A stretch of 64,000 nucleotides of DNA from positions 256,001 to 320,000 of the forward strand of contig CBDCTZ010000008.1 in the NCBI GenBank assembly GCA_965222375.1, read 5' to 3'. Below the pieces are notes generated by a model that did not search any database, was not told where the DNA came from, and saw nothing but the letters and a program-made list of their open reading frames with translations. Below, piece after piece: positions 26,489-36,712 of this stretch. How positions within the stretch are numbered: the first letter of the stretch is position 1; every line of letters starts with the position of its first letter. Source of the DNA: Polyangiaceae bacterium. GTDB taxonomy: Bacteria > Myxococcota_A > Polyangia > Polyangiales > Polyangiaceae. Both the position numbers and the translations under genes were made by a program.

Positions 26489-28312
26489 ATGCTGGACTTT
26501 GCATCCTTTGTTGCGGCGCAAATCACCGCTCCGCTCTTGGCCGCTGACTTTTTCTGGCAGAACCCGCTGTTCGCCAACGAGTCGTGGAGCCGGTTGATGA
26601 ACGGGCTGCGCATTGGCCTGACCTTGGGCGGCGCACTGCTCCTGATCTACGAGGTCCGCGCTTGGCGCCTCAAAGAGCCAGTGCCCGAGCGAACGCGGAA
26701 GCGGGTCGCCATCGTGATGAGCGCCATGGCGTTCGGCGCCTACTTCGACTTCTTCAATCCGAACATCCGCTACCCCGAGTACTACCACCGGCACGAGTTC
26801 TTCCACTACTACCTCGGCTCCAAGTACACCCAAGAGCTGGGCTACAAGCGCATCTACGAGTGCGCGGCCGCCGCGGAGATCGACATGGGCAAAGGTGCCG
26901 AGGTCCGGCGCCGCGAGCTACGTGACTTGCGCGTGAACTTGATCAAGCCCAACACCGCCCCCGACGTCGCAGCCCACATCGACGAGTGCAAACCGCGCTT
27001 TTCGCCGAAGAAATGGGAAGCCTTCAAGAAGGACGTGGCCTGGTTCGCCCAGGTGTCCCGGGGAGGCTACTGGGACAACATGCAGAAGGACCATGGCTAT
27101 AACCCGCCACCGGTCTGGACGATGGCGGGTAAGTTCTTCTCGTCATTTGGCAGCGCGGGGGATCGCTTTTTCAAGGTGCTCGCGTCCATGGACATCCTGT
27201 TCCATCTCGGATGCGTCGTGATGCTATTTTGGGCCTTCGGGTGGCGCGTGGGGGCCATTGCGACGGTATTTTGGGGGTGTAATGCGCCCGCAAACTTCTA
27301 TTGGACCGGCGGCGCCTTCATGCGCCAAGACTGGATCTTCCTACTCACGGCATCAATTTGCCTTGTGCGTAAGCGCTATTTCTTTTTGGGCGGAGCTGCG
27401 CTCACTTGGTCGGCGCTGTTACGCGTATTCCCCCTGCTATTTTTTGCCGGCTGGGGGATCATCATCGGTCTCTACGTCATACGAAGATTTAGAGACTGGA
27501 GATCCGGGAAGTTGGCTGCCCAGGCCGCGCTAGTGAGCGGCACGGGCAAGAAGGCCAAGAAAGGCAGGGCCAAACCTGGCGACTCGCCCGGACCCCTACC
27601 CGGTGGAATCCTCGGGCTGTTGCACCCGGACCATAGACGCTTACTCGCAGGCTGCATCGTCGCGTGTGGTGTGCTCATCCCCGCCAGCATCGTGGTGACG
27701 GGGCCGAACTCCTACGTGGATTTCGTCAAGCACACGCTCACGGTTCACAACAACACCCCGCTGACCAATCACATGGGGCTGCAGACCATCCTGGTTCACG
27801 ACTGGGATGGACGCATGCGTTTCACCCGCGATGACAACCTGGACGACCCATTCCAAGGCTGGAAGCAGGGTCGGCTAGATCGCCATAAGAAGTTGCGCTG
27901 GGCCCACCTGCTTCTGATCGGGGGCCTGTTCGGCTGGACGATCTGGGCGCTCAGACGCACCAAACTGCTGTGGATTGGTCAGGCGTTGGCTGCGCCCATC
28001 GTCATGGCGATGACCAATCTGACTTGTTACTACTATTCCATGTACCTACTGTGCGCAGCGCTGGCCATGGCGAGATGGCAGCTCGGCCCGGTCGTGCTGC
28101 TCGCCAGCGGCGCCAGTCAGATCTTGCTGCTCAACTACTACTGGGTGGACGACAAGTTCACGGCCCAGGCGTGGCTGTTCTGGATCTTCGGGCTGGTACT
28201 GCTCTACGGCTACAGTCGCCCCTTCAGCATGGAGCGCCTCAGAGCGTGGTGGGCCGGCAAACCCGAGCCGAAGCCTCGGGCAGCGCTTCGCTCGCCTGCG
28301 CCCGCGGAGTAA
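26489..28312 (+). CDS. Polytopic membrane protein, GT-C (GT87/DUF2029-like) glycosyltransferase candidate
   Basis: About 12 TMs, loop DHGYNPPPVW, RQDW, LRVFP. Confidence 0.65.
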   Translation: MLDFASFVAAQITAPLLAADFFWQNPLFANESWSRLMNGLRIGLTLGGALLLIYEVRAWRLKEPVPERTRKRVAIVMSAMAFGAYFDFFNPNIRYPEYYHRHEFFHYYLGSKYTQELGYKRIYECAAAAEIDMGKGAEVRRRELRDLRVNLIKPNTAPDVAAHIDECKPRFSPKKWEAFKKDVAWFAQVSRGGYWDNMQKDHGYNPPPVWTMAGKFFSSFGSAGDRFFKVLASMDILFHLGCVVMLFWAFGWRVGAIATVFWGCNAPANFYWTGGAFMRQDWIFLLTASICLVRKRYFFLGGAALTWSALLRVFPLLFFAGWGIIIGLYVIRRFRDWRSGKLAAQAALVSGTGKKAKKGRAKPGDSPGPLPGGILGLLHPDHRRLLAGCIVACGVLIPASIVVTGPNSYVDFVKHTLTVHNNTPLTNHMGLQTILVHDWDGRMRFTRDDNLDDPFQGWKQGRLDRHKKLRWAHLLLIGGLFGWTIWALRRTKLLWIGQALAAPIVMAMTNLTCYYYSMYLLCAALAMARWQLGPVVLLASGASQILLLNYYWVDDKFTAQAWLFWIFGLVLLYGYSRPFSMERLRAWWAGKPEPKPRAALRSPAPAE

Positions 28313-28335
28313 GCTCCAGAGCCCGTCACAGCCCG

Positions 28336-28707
28336 TCAGCTCTGCCGGCGGCGCGTGCTCGGGGATGGCCCTTCTTCCTCGAGCCAAAGAACGGCTTCGA
28401 CGCGAGAATCGAAGGCCTTCATGCGCTGTCCGCTGGCCAGGGCCATGGCGGAAACAACCACGTGCCATAGCTTCTTTTCGGTAACAACCGCCACGCATTT
28501 GACCTTGGACTTGTAGCGGGAGTTCCACTCCACGAAGAGCTGGCGCGCCGCGGAGTCGTAGCCGGTCATCTCGCGACAATCGACCAATAGGTTTGCCTGC
28601 GACGAGGCCTGCACCAGCGCGGCGGATGCTCCGGCGAGAGCCGAACGCAGCACCCCCTCGCTCAAATGGCCATCCAGCTGGATGACAACAGGATCCCCAT
28701 CGGCCAT
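28336..28707 (-). CDS. STAS/SEC14 (SpoIIAA-like) domain protein
   Basis: LLVDCREMTGYDSAAR...VAVV...FDSRVEAVLWL. Confidence 0.8.
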   Translation of the reverse strand: MADGDPVVIQLDGHLSEGVLRSALAGASAALVQASSQANLLVDCREMTGYDSAARQLFVEWNSRYKSKVKCVAVVTEKKLWHVVVSAMALASGQRMKAFDSRVEAVLWLEEEGPSPSTRRRQS

Positions 28708-28714
28708 CGGGCTA

Positions 28715-29350
28715 TCACATCACGCCGCGAACCGACTCCATGGCTCCATCCACGCCGTGGGGGAGGAGCTTGAGCAGCAGGTCCAGGTGATCCGTATCCG
28801 TCTCGATCCCACGCAGGGTCATCAATGCGGTGACGACGGATAGCATGCGGTCTGCCTTGCGATTTCCCGCGAGCTTCGGGTGCTTGCGGAGGTCGAGCAC
28901 GATGCGATCGTCCTTGGCGTCCACCAGCATCGCCGGCCGCTTCGGCATGAATGCTGCCAAGTTTCCGGGCTTGGACAGGTCCAGAGCACCGGACTTGAGC
29001 AACGTCGCGACCGGCGAATCCGAGCTGTCATCCACTAGCTTCATCTCCACGTCGGCGAGGCGGAGCTCGAACAAGATCTCGCTCGCGTCCAAACTCACCT
29101 TCTCCACGAAGACGGTCGCGGCGGCGCGCACGTCGGTCCCGGCCAAGTGGACCACGGCGCTGGCGCGAACCCCCGGCGGTACCGCCACCAGACGCAGATC
29201 TTTGGGGGCCTTTTTGCCGCGCAGCTGACCGGCAAACCAACGTAGGGCATCCAAGGGCAGCCCCACACGTAGCCCAAACGCGTTTTTGATGACGCGAGCT
29301 ATTTCCTCAGGATGATTGGCGAGATAGCTTGTCGCCGCTAGCGCCATGGC
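28715..29350 (-). CDS. Hypothetical protein
   Basis: Long ORF with host-like codon usage. Start uncertain (29347 or 29365). Confidence 0.6.
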   Translation of the reverse strand, partial: AMALAATSYLANHPEEIARVIKNAFGLRVGLPLDALRWFAGQLRGKKAPKDLRLVAVPPGVRASAVVHLAGTDVRAAATVFVEKVSLDASEILFELRLADVEMKLVDDSSDSPVATLLKSGALDLSKPGNLAAFMPKRPAMLVDAKDDRIVLDLRKHPKLAGNRKADRMLSVVTALMTLRGIETDTDHLDLLLKLLPHGVDGAMESVRGVM

Positions 29351-29463
29351 CTTCTTGTCTGGCATTGCCCGGCAGTATAGAGGCTAGCCACCACAGTTCA
29401 CCAGCGCTTCGTCCACAGAATTGGGCGAAGCAAGGATGCCCCTTCACGGCAGAGGTTTTGTCC

Positions 29464-30792
29464 ATGTTCGTCCGCTCCGAGGTCCCCGCCGACCAAGTCC
29501 ACGCCACTCTCCGCAAGCACATGCTGGTCGACGGCTACCCCATCGTGGTCGACATGGAGAACAGCAAGCGCTCCTGGGTCCGGGACTTGGTGAGCGGCAA
29601 AGAGTACCTGGACTTTTTCAGCTTCTTTGCCTCCAACCCCATCGGCTTCAATCACCCCAGCATGTTGGACCAGGATTGCCTCGATCGCCTTGCTCGGGTG
29701 GGTGTGACCAAGGTCTCCAACGCGGACTACTACACCACCTACATGGCCGAGTTCGTCGATACCTTGTCGCGAACCGCCGGCCACGAAGAGCTGCCCCACT
29801 ACTTTTTCGTGGACGGAGGCGCCCTCGCCGTCGAAAACGCCATGAAGGTCGCTTTCGATTGGAAGGTGCGTAAGAACCTGGCGGCCGGGCGCGAGCCGAT
29901 CGGCAACCAGGTGTTGCACCTGGAGCACGCCTTCCACGGCCGCAGTGGCTACACCCTCAGCGTCACCAACACGGATCCGGTCAAGACGATGCACTTCCCG
30001 CAGTTCGACTGGCCACGCATCCCCGCGCCGGGAATCGTCTTCCCCCAAACCAAGGAAAACGAGAGCGATCTGATCGAGCGCGAGCGCGAAGCGCTGTCTC
30101 TCGCAGCTCGTGCCTTCGAAGAGCGCCCCCACGAGATCGCCGCCATCCTGGTCGAGCCCATTCAGGGTGAAGGTGGCGATACTCACTTTCGGCCGGAGTT
30201 CCTGCGGGGCCTCAGAAAACTGGCGGACGAAAACGACGCAATGTTGATCTACGACGAAGTCCAGACCGGATTGGGCCTGACGGGCAAGTGGTGGGCCTTC
30301 GAGCATTGGGACGTCGTGCCGGACATCCTCTGCTTCGCCAAGAAGATGCAGGTCGGAGGTATCTTCGTCTCCAAACGTGTCGACGAGGTCCCGGGCAACG
30401 TCTTCGTGACGCCAAGTCGCATCAACAGCACCTGGGGCTCTTCCCTCACGGACATGGTGCGCTGCACCCACATCCTCGAGATCATCGAAAACGAGAACTT
30501 GCTCGATAACGCCCGAGTTCGCGGTGACGAACTCGCGAAAGGCCTCCGCGCCATCGAAGCGCGATTCTCCGGCGTCGTCACCAATGCCCGAGGCCGCGGC
30601 CTGATGTGCGCCCTCGACATGCCGACTCCGGAGCTGCGCGCCAAAGTCATTCGACAGTGTTTCGAAGACCAGATGATCGTGTTGCCCTGCGGCGAGCGCT
30701 CCGTCCGCTTCCGCCCCACCCTGACTGTCACCCAGGACGCCATCGCCGAGGGCATCAAGCGGCTCGAGGCAGCAATCGAAAAAGCCAGCTAG
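29464..30792 (+). CDS. lat: L-lysine 6-aminotransferase (class III PLP)
   Basis: YLDFFSFFAS, GGALAVENA.K.AFDWK, AFHGRSGYTLS, EPIQGEGGD, DEVQTG, KKMQV, SRINSTWG. Confidence 0.92.
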   Translation: MFVRSEVPADQVHATLRKHMLVDGYPIVVDMENSKRSWVRDLVSGKEYLDFFSFFASNPIGFNHPSMLDQDCLDRLARVGVTKVSNADYYTTYMAEFVDTLSRTAGHEELPHYFFVDGGALAVENAMKVAFDWKVRKNLAAGREPIGNQVLHLEHAFHGRSGYTLSVTNTDPVKTMHFPQFDWPRIPAPGIVFPQTKENESDLIEREREALSLAARAFEERPHEIAAILVEPIQGEGGDTHFRPEFLRGLRKLADENDAMLIYDEVQTGLGLTGKWWAFEHWDVVPDILCFAKKMQVGGIFVSKRVDEVPGNVFVTPSRINSTWGSSLTDMVRCTHILEIIENENLLDNARVRGDELAKGLRAIEARFSGVVTNARGRGLMCALDMPTPELRAKVIRQCFEDQMIVLPCGERSVRFRPTLTVTQDAIAEGIKRLEAAIEKAS

Positions 30793-30880
30793 GCGCGTCT
30801 TTGGTTTGGTTTGGGGTCGTGGCGCTGGGGCGGCCTTGGGGCGCTAATCTCGTGCGGGGGCACACGGGGGCGCTGGTGAA

Positions 30881-31360
30881 AGGTGGCTGCTGAAGAGCGG
30901 ACGCGTCGTGGACTCGGGGGGCCCGTGAGATGTTTATGCGTGGGCTCGCGGGGCCTCGCAGCGCCGGACCCGCTGGGCCGCGCGTGCGATCTGTGTGCCG
31001 CGTGCCTCGCGCGGTGCTTCGCTAGGTACACATCGCGGGGGAAGGGTCCCCCGCCGACCCCCCTCGCTCCGGGGCCGCGGCCCCGGTCGCCTTCCCCTGG
31101 TCTAGGTGACTGCTGAAGAACAGACGCGTCGTGGACTCTGTGGGGCCCGTGAGATGTTTGTGCGTGGGCTCGTGAGGCCCAATAGCGCCGAACCCGCTGG
31201 GCCTTGCGTGCGATCTGTGTACTGCGTGCCTCGTGCGGTCCATCGCTAGGTACACATCGCAGGGGAAGGGTCCCCCGCCGCGCCCCCTCGCTCCGGGGCC
31301 CCGGCCTCGGTCGCCTTCCGCTGGTCTAGGTGACTGCTGAAGAGCAGACGCGTCGCGGAC
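30881..31360. repeat. Tandem 223/224-bp structured repeats (2 full + 1 partial)
   Basis: Units start at 30881, 31104 and 31328 (AGGTGRCTGCTGAAGA...) and contain several hairpins; intergenic between convergent genes. Confidence 0.92.
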
Positions 31361-31384
31361 CAATTGGTGCAGCCGCCCGCCCTC

Positions 31385-31452
31385 GCGCTCACCCCCGCGC
31401 ACGCGCTCACCCCCGCGCACGCGCTCACCCCCGCGCACGCGCTCACCCCCGC
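31385..31452. repeat. 18-bp tandem repeat x3.8
   Basis: GCGCTCACCCCCGCGCAC units. Confidence 0.92.
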
Positions 31453-31461
31453 TCGACCAGA

Positions 31462-31917
31462 TCAGTCGCCCTTCTTGGCCTCGACGGTCTCTGTGCTCTC
31501 TTCGAGCTCACCGGCAACGCCACGGTGTTTGAGCTCATGGGAAACGCGATCCCCAAAGGTGTGTGCAAGCTTAGTGACCAGATCCGGCACTTCTTGAAGC
31601 AAGGCGCTCCAGGTGCTGCCGGAGTCCCCCTCGACGGTCAAGACGTGCGCGTGGCCATCCTTGCCCACGGCGATCGCCGCGACAGGTTCCAGTTCGATCG
31701 CGCCACCTGCGCCTTGGCCTCCGGTATCGCCGCCCACCTTGCCCTTGTGGGCGCCCGCGGTCGCGCTGCCAGCGCCGAAGGCGATCTTGACGCGGTGCAC
31801 GGGAATGACCGTCGCCTCACCCGCAGCCCGGGGCTCACCCACGATGGTCTCACTCTTGGAGACACCGTGGATGCCATCCAAGAGATTGCCGACCAGCTTG
31901 GTGATCTTGTCCGTCAT
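31462..31917 (-). CDS. GerW/YtfJ-family protein
   Basis: KSETIVGEP..AGEATVIPVHRVKIAFGAG...GAGGAIELEPVAAI. Confidence 0.82.
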   Translation of the reverse strand: MTDKITKLVGNLLDGIHGVSKSETIVGEPRAAGEATVIPVHRVKIAFGAGSATAGAHKGKVGGDTGGQGAGGAIELEPVAAIAVGKDGHAHVLTVEGDSGSTWSALLQEVPDLVTKLAHTFGDRVSHELKHRGVAGELEESTETVEAKKGD

Positions 31918-31921
31918 CGCG

Positions 31922-32581
31922 TCATCCTTCCTGCGAGGCTACCGCTGTCCGCGGCGAGACTCGAAACTTTCGTACCACGAACCATAGGCCGTCGACGAGT
32001 AGGCGGACCGGCCAAATGTAGATTGTGCCCGCCAAAGTGCCGTTTAGCTTGTCTTCCCACTCCCAGGAGGGGCTGTGCCGAATGGCCACGGGCGGGGGCG
32101 CCAGCCCCGAAAGCACGCTCAGCGCTGCAAGGAACTTGCCAGTCAGAATCACGTCCCGGAACGAATAGGCCAAGTCCACGTCGAAGCGATGCACGCGGAT
32201 GCGCTTGCGCTCCCCCAGCAGGAACTCGGCGACTTCGGACAGCCCCCAACGTCGGTCGACCACCCCGAGCACGCCCTTGCCTCGGCGCAGCGCTCGCTTG
32301 GCTCGCTCCAGGGCGGGATCATCGGCTTCGTCTTCCTCTTCGTCGTCGCCTTCCTTCGGCAGCTTGTGCACGCAGCGACCAAAGGCGAATAGCTCCGCCC
32401 GAGGCGACACCCCTCGAGCTGCAACGGCGCTGGCAGTGAACGGCCCGACTTGAAGTCCGCCCGCGGCGGCCCAGGCTTCGGCTTGACCCCTCGCCTGCGC
32501 GCTGAATGCCAGCTCCAATCGCCAAGTGAACAGTGCCATCAGCAGGTCCACTACGACCAAGCCGACGAGCAACAGCACCAT
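31922..32581 (-). CDS. Membrane-anchored protein, DUF2953/YtfI-like
   Basis: N-terminal TM, D..LTG..A motif, C-terminal beta strands; lies between two YtfJ genes. Confidence 0.55.
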   Translation of the reverse strand: MVLLLVGLVVVDLLMALFTWRLELAFSAQARGQAEAWAAAGGLQVGPFTASAVAARGVSPRAELFAFGRCVHKLPKEGDDEEEDEADDPALERAKRALRRGKGVLGVVDRRWGLSEVAEFLLGERKRIRVHRFDVDLAYSFRDVILTGKFLAALSVLSGLAPPPVAIRHSPSWEWEDKLNGTLAGTIYIWPVRLLVDGLWFVVRKFRVSPRTAVASQEG

Positions 32582-32614
32582 GACTGCCCCGACCTTCTAC
32601 GCCGAAGCGCGACC

Positions 32615-33025
32615 TCAGGTGGACTTCTTCTTGCCAGCAAGCGCGGGCGGCTTGGCGCCCGGCAGCTCGGCAGCGCCGTTTTCAGACGGAACAAGCTCAA
32701 CACCGCGCCGAAGCACAGCCTGGCGGCCCTTCTTGAGGGCCAAGAGATGCGGCACGCCGTCCTCACCGACGACGACGAAGGCCTTGGGCTCCACGACGAC
32801 AGCTCCCCCGACGCCTCCGCCTTCAACGCCGGCGTCGGCCTCCTTACCGTCTTTTTCGGTCTTGCCGCCGAAGCCCGCCACACCGCTGCCGAAGGCAACG
32901 CTAATCTTGCTCAGTGGCAACATCTTGGCCCTGCCTGCATCGCGCACGTCGCCAACCACGGCGTCGCTCTTACTGACTTTGCCGATCTCGCTGAGCAGCC
33001 CCTTGACCAAATCGTCGAGGTCCAT
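32615..33025 (-). CDS. GerW/YtfJ-family protein
   Basis: KSDAVVGD...LPLSKISVAFGSG...GGGVGGAVVVEPKAFVVV. Confidence 0.82.
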   Translation of the reverse strand: MDLDDLVKGLLSEIGKVSKSDAVVGDVRDAGRAKMLPLSKISVAFGSGVAGFGGKTEKDGKEADAGVEGGGVGGAVVVEPKAFVVVGEDGVPHLLALKKGRQAVLRRGVELVPSENGAAELPGAKPPALAGKKKST

Positions 33026-33081
33026 CGCGCCGATCAGAACACGAGCCGAGCGCCCCCGTCAAACCCGGAAAAATGCGACCG

Positions 33082-33849
33082 CTATTCGCCCAAAGCCGAC
33101 ACCGCCGCGGGCAAAACCGACGCGACGTCATCATCGATGCACAAGTCGGCCAGCTTGTCGTGGGGTGTGTCCCCTCGGTTGACGATGACGTAGCGCGCGC
33201 CGCTTTCCTTGGCCCGCAGCGGTATGTCTGCAGCGGGCGTGACCACCAGCGAAGAACCGAGCGCCAGCATGAGATCACACTCGCCGGCATCGCTAGAGGC
33301 CCTCCGCAGCACCGCCATGTCCAAGGCCTGGCCGAACATCACGACCCCGGGTTTGAGCAGCGCATCGCAGTCGCTACACCGGGGCGGCTGGCGGGTCCGC
33401 TCGAACTCTTCCAGGGCCAAAGCCGCATCTCGACGCCGGTCGCAACCCATGCACACCGTCGAGGCATTCGTGCCGTGGAGTTCGACGAGCTTGTCCGCGG
33501 ACGTTCCGGCAGCTTGGTGCAGACCGTCGATGTTCTGTGTCACCACCGAAACGAGCCGGCTCTGCTTTTCCAGATCGACCAGAGCCATATGGGCCGGATT
33601 GGGACGCGCATCCCGAAAGGCTCTATAGCCCTCGAGCTTGTATTCCCAGTACTCCACCCGGGCTTCCTCGCTCGCAACGAAGTCCTGGAAGTACACCGGC
33701 GTACGCTTGGTCCAGACCCCAGAAGGTCCGCGGAAGTCCGGGATCCCGCTGCCCGTGGACAGCCCCGCACCGGTAAAAGCGACAACGCGTTTCGCGCCGG
33801 ATAGCACGCCGGTCAACTCTTGTATCGCTTTCTGTCCGGCCAATCCCAT
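33082..33849 (-). CDS. cobB: Sir2-family NAD-dependent deacylase
   Basis: TGAGLSTGSGIPDFRGP, TQNIDGLH, ELHG, CxxC..CxxC, GSSL. Confidence 0.93.
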   Translation of the reverse strand: MGLAGQKAIQELTGVLSGAKRVVAFTGAGLSTGSGIPDFRGPSGVWTKRTPVYFQDFVASEEARVEYWEYKLEGYRAFRDARPNPAHMALVDLEKQSRLVSVVTQNIDGLHQAAGTSADKLVELHGTNASTVCMGCDRRRDAALALEEFERTRQPPRCSDCDALLKPGVVMFGQALDMAVLRRASSDAGECDLMLALGSSLVVTPAADIPLRAKESGARYVIVNRGDTPHDKLADLCIDDDVASVLPAAVSALGE

Positions 33850-33953
33850 GGCGCTACCTCCCATGCCGCCGCACCTGACCTCCTGAGTTATTGGTCAAAG
33901 CCTGGATTGTCTCTGGCCAGGGCGCCTCGCCTCACCTATGTAGCCCGACACCG

Positions 33954-35279
33954 ATGGTCGCGAAAGACCGACGAGCGCGCATCCTAGCTATCGCGCTGCC
34001 GATCATCGGCGGCATGGTCAGCCAAAACGTACTGAACCTGGTCGATACCCTGATGGTCAGCCAACTAGGGGACACGGCCCTAGCTGCGGTTGGCCTGGGC
34101 AGTTTCGCCAACTTCATGTGCACGGCGTTCATCACCGGGCTGTCCGCCGGGGTCCAAGCCATGAGCGCACGGCGGCTCGGTGAAGGCCGGCTTGACGAGC
34201 AGGCCGTACCGCTCAACGGCGGTCTGTTGCTCGCGGGCGGATTGGGGCTGGTCCTGACATTGCTTTTCTTCTCGACCGCCACAACGTGGTTCCCGCTGCT
34301 GTCGAGCGACAGCGAACTGACCGCCACAGGTGTGCCGTACCTTCAAGCCCGGCTGACCGCCATGGTTGCCATCGGCATGAATTTCAGTTTCCGCGGCTAC
34401 TTCAACGGCGTCGGCCAGAGCAGGCTGTACATGCGGACGCTGATCGTCATGCACGTCACCAACGTGATCGTGAGTTATACGCTCATCTTCGGTGCGTTCG
34501 GTGCGCCAGAGATGGGTGCGCTGGGTGCGGGTGTGGGCAGCGCCATCGCCACCTGGGTGGGCACGCTAACCTACATCGCCTTGGGCCTGCGCCACGCTCG
34601 CGCTGGCGGCTTCCTCCGGGGTCTGCCGGATCTCGCAACCATGCGCAGCATGACCAAGCTTTCCGTGCCCGCCGGCCTGCAGCAGCTGTTCTTTGCCGTG
34701 GGAATGACGGCATTCTTCGCAATCATCGCCCGGGTCGGGACCCGCGAACTCGCCGCCTCCAACGTACTTCTGAACTTGCTCTTGGTCGCGCTCCTGCCAG
34801 CCATGGGTTTTGGCTTGGCATCCGCCTCCCTGGTCGGGCAGGCCCTGGGCCACAAAAACGAAGCCGATGCGCGCCGTTGGGTCGCCGACGTGAGCAAGAT
34901 CGCCATCGTCGCCATCACCGTCATCGCGTTGCCGGCGATGATCGCACCGGAGCTGCTCTTGGCCCCCTTTCTAGAGGATCCGAGAACTCTGGAACTGGCG
35001 CGTTGGCCGCTGCGCCTCATTGCCTTCGGCATGCCCATCGACACTCTGGGGCTGATCTTGATGCTCAGCATGCAGGGGGCGGGGGACACCCGCACCGTGC
35101 TGATCGTCTCCGTCGGCCTGCAGTGGGTCCTGCTCCTGCCGGCGGTCTACGTTGTAGGCAAGGTCCTCGCCGTGGGCTTGCTTGGGATTTGGCTGACCCA
35201 GTTGGTTTACCGGACGCTCCAGTCCGGGGTCTTCGCCGTGTTTTGGCGGCGAGGGCGCTGGGCGAAGGTCAAAGTCTAG
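33954..35279 (+). CDS. MATE efflux transporter
   Basis: 12 TMs, VDTLMVSQLG..ALAAVG, PEMGALGAG, QGAGDTR. Confidence 0.93.
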   Translation: MVAKDRRARILAIALPIIGGMVSQNVLNLVDTLMVSQLGDTALAAVGLGSFANFMCTAFITGLSAGVQAMSARRLGEGRLDEQAVPLNGGLLLAGGLGLVLTLLFFSTATTWFPLLSSDSELTATGVPYLQARLTAMVAIGMNFSFRGYFNGVGQSRLYMRTLIVMHVTNVIVSYTLIFGAFGAPEMGALGAGVGSAIATWVGTLTYIALGLRHARAGGFLRGLPDLATMRSMTKLSVPAGLQQLFFAVGMTAFFAIIARVGTRELAASNVLLNLLLVALLPAMGFGLASASLVGQALGHKNEADARRWVADVSKIAIVAITVIALPAMIAPELLLAPFLEDPRTLELARWPLRLIAFGMPIDTLGLILMLSMQGAGDTRTVLIVSVGLQWVLLLPAVYVVGKVLAVGLLGIWLTQLVYRTLQSGVFAVFWRRGRWAKVKV

Positions 35280-35285
35280 AGCGGC

Positions 35286-36647
35286 TCACTCCGCCTCGAT
35301 CTTGTAGATCTCACCATTGTTGAGCCCAATCACGTAGAGCTCGCCCGTGCCATCCTGCCCAAAGCCCGAGATATTCTTCAGGCTCGTGCCGGGGTTGATG
35401 TCGCTGGTGATCTCCTGAGCATCCTTGGCGCTGGTTCCGTCCCAAGTGAACTTCCAGAAGTTGCCGGAGCAATAGTCGTTGTACAGGTAGGTCCCCCGCA
35501 GCCCCGGGATGGCCGAGCCCCGATAGACGTAGCCACCGTTCACCGAGCAGCCCTTGCTGTGGGTGTACTCGGCGGCGGGCAGGGCCTTTCCACTCTTGTC
35601 ACAGCCGCTGGATGGATTGAAGCACTCGGTGCCTTCCATCACCCGCCAACCCCAATTGGTCCCCGACTTGGCGTTCGCGGCTTCGACGTCGATTTCTTCG
35701 ATCTTGTTCTGACCCACATCGCCTATGTACATGTCGCCGGTGCAGGCGTCGAAGGTCCACTTCCATGGATTACGCAGGCCGTAGCTCCAGATTTCTTTGG
35801 CGGTGTTTCCTCCGCTCATATTCCCAGATGGGATCGCGTACTTCTTGCCCGAGTCCGGCGGTGCGTCCACGTCGATGCGTAGGATCTTGCCCAGCATGGT
35901 GTCCAGCGCCTGGCCATTGCCGGGGTTGCCGTGTTTGTCTCCGGCTCCGCCGCCGTCTCCAAGACCAATGTAGAGGCGCCCGGGTTCTCCCGGCCGGAAT
36001 TCAATCGCACCGCCATTGTGGTTGCCCTCGGGCTGCTTCACGACCAGCAGGACTGTCTCGCTGCCCTTGTCCGCCGTGTCGCCCGTGGCCTTGAACTCAC
36101 TGATGATCGTATCGCCCGTGGGTCCCGTGGTGCCGTCGCCGGTGTAGTGCACGAAGAAGCGGCCGTTCTTGTCAAAGTCCGGGTGGAACGCAAGGCCCAG
36201 CAGCCCCCGCTCGCCACCCGCAGTGACGCGATCGGCAATGTCCAAAAAGGGCTGGCTCGAGGTCGCCCCGCCTTTGACGATCTTGATTCTGCCGCTGCGC
36301 TCGCCAACGAACAGACGCGTCGCGTCGCCCAGCGGTGCGGTCGCGATGGTCGGACTGCTGAAGCCCGACGCATAAGGCGTCAGCTTCAGCTTGGGGAATC
36401 CTCCGCTTGGTGGGCTGCAGTCGAAGAGCCCAGTCTGGCCCGCGCCGCCGCCGGTGCCCGCGCCGCCGCCGCCGGCGGTGCCGCCACTCCCCGAAGCGCC
36501 GCCAGTGCCTGCCGTGCCCCCAGAACCGCCTGAGCCCGCAGCAGCGCCGGTGCCGCCTCCTCCGCTACTGTCATCACTTCCGCAGCCGAGGAACATGCCT
36601 CCGGCCATCAGCACTCTGACCAATCCAACAGACCAACGCACAACCAT
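35286..36647 (-). CDS. PQQ-dependent sugar dehydrogenase (GSDH) lipoprotein
   Basis: GERGLLGLAFHP, NHNGG, GDGG, GKILRID, YGLRNPW, DVGQN. Confidence 0.92.
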   Translation of the reverse strand: MVVRWSVGLVRVLMAGGMFLGCGSDDSSGGGGTGAAAGSGGSGGTAGTGGASGSGGTAGGGGAGTGGGAGQTGLFDCSPPSGGFPKLKLTPYASGFSSPTIATAPLGDATRLFVGERSGRIKIVKGGATSSQPFLDIADRVTAGGERGLLGLAFHPDFDKNGRFFVHYTGDGTTGPTGDTIISEFKATGDTADKGSETVLLVVKQPEGNHNGGAIEFRPGEPGRLYIGLGDGGGAGDKHGNPGNGQALDTMLGKILRIDVDAPPDSGKKYAIPSGNMSGGNTAKEIWSYGLRNPWKWTFDACTGDMYIGDVGQNKIEEIDVEAANAKSGTNWGWRVMEGTECFNPSSGCDKSGKALPAAEYTHSKGCSVNGGYVYRGSAIPGLRGTYLYNDYCSGNFWKFTWDGTSAKDAQEITSDINPGTSLKNISGFGQDGTGELYVIGLNNGEIYKIEAE

Positions 36648-36712
36648 ACTTTCCTCCAAGAACTGCCGAGCCTACGACGGGGTCGCGGTGCTCGCCAGGG
36701 GGGCGCTCCGGG

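Noticed and set aside
30881..31452. CRISPR or guide-RNA array, or coding ORFs in the repeats
   Set aside because: Units are similar along their entire length with no spacers and no nuclease nearby; the ORFs are repeat translations.
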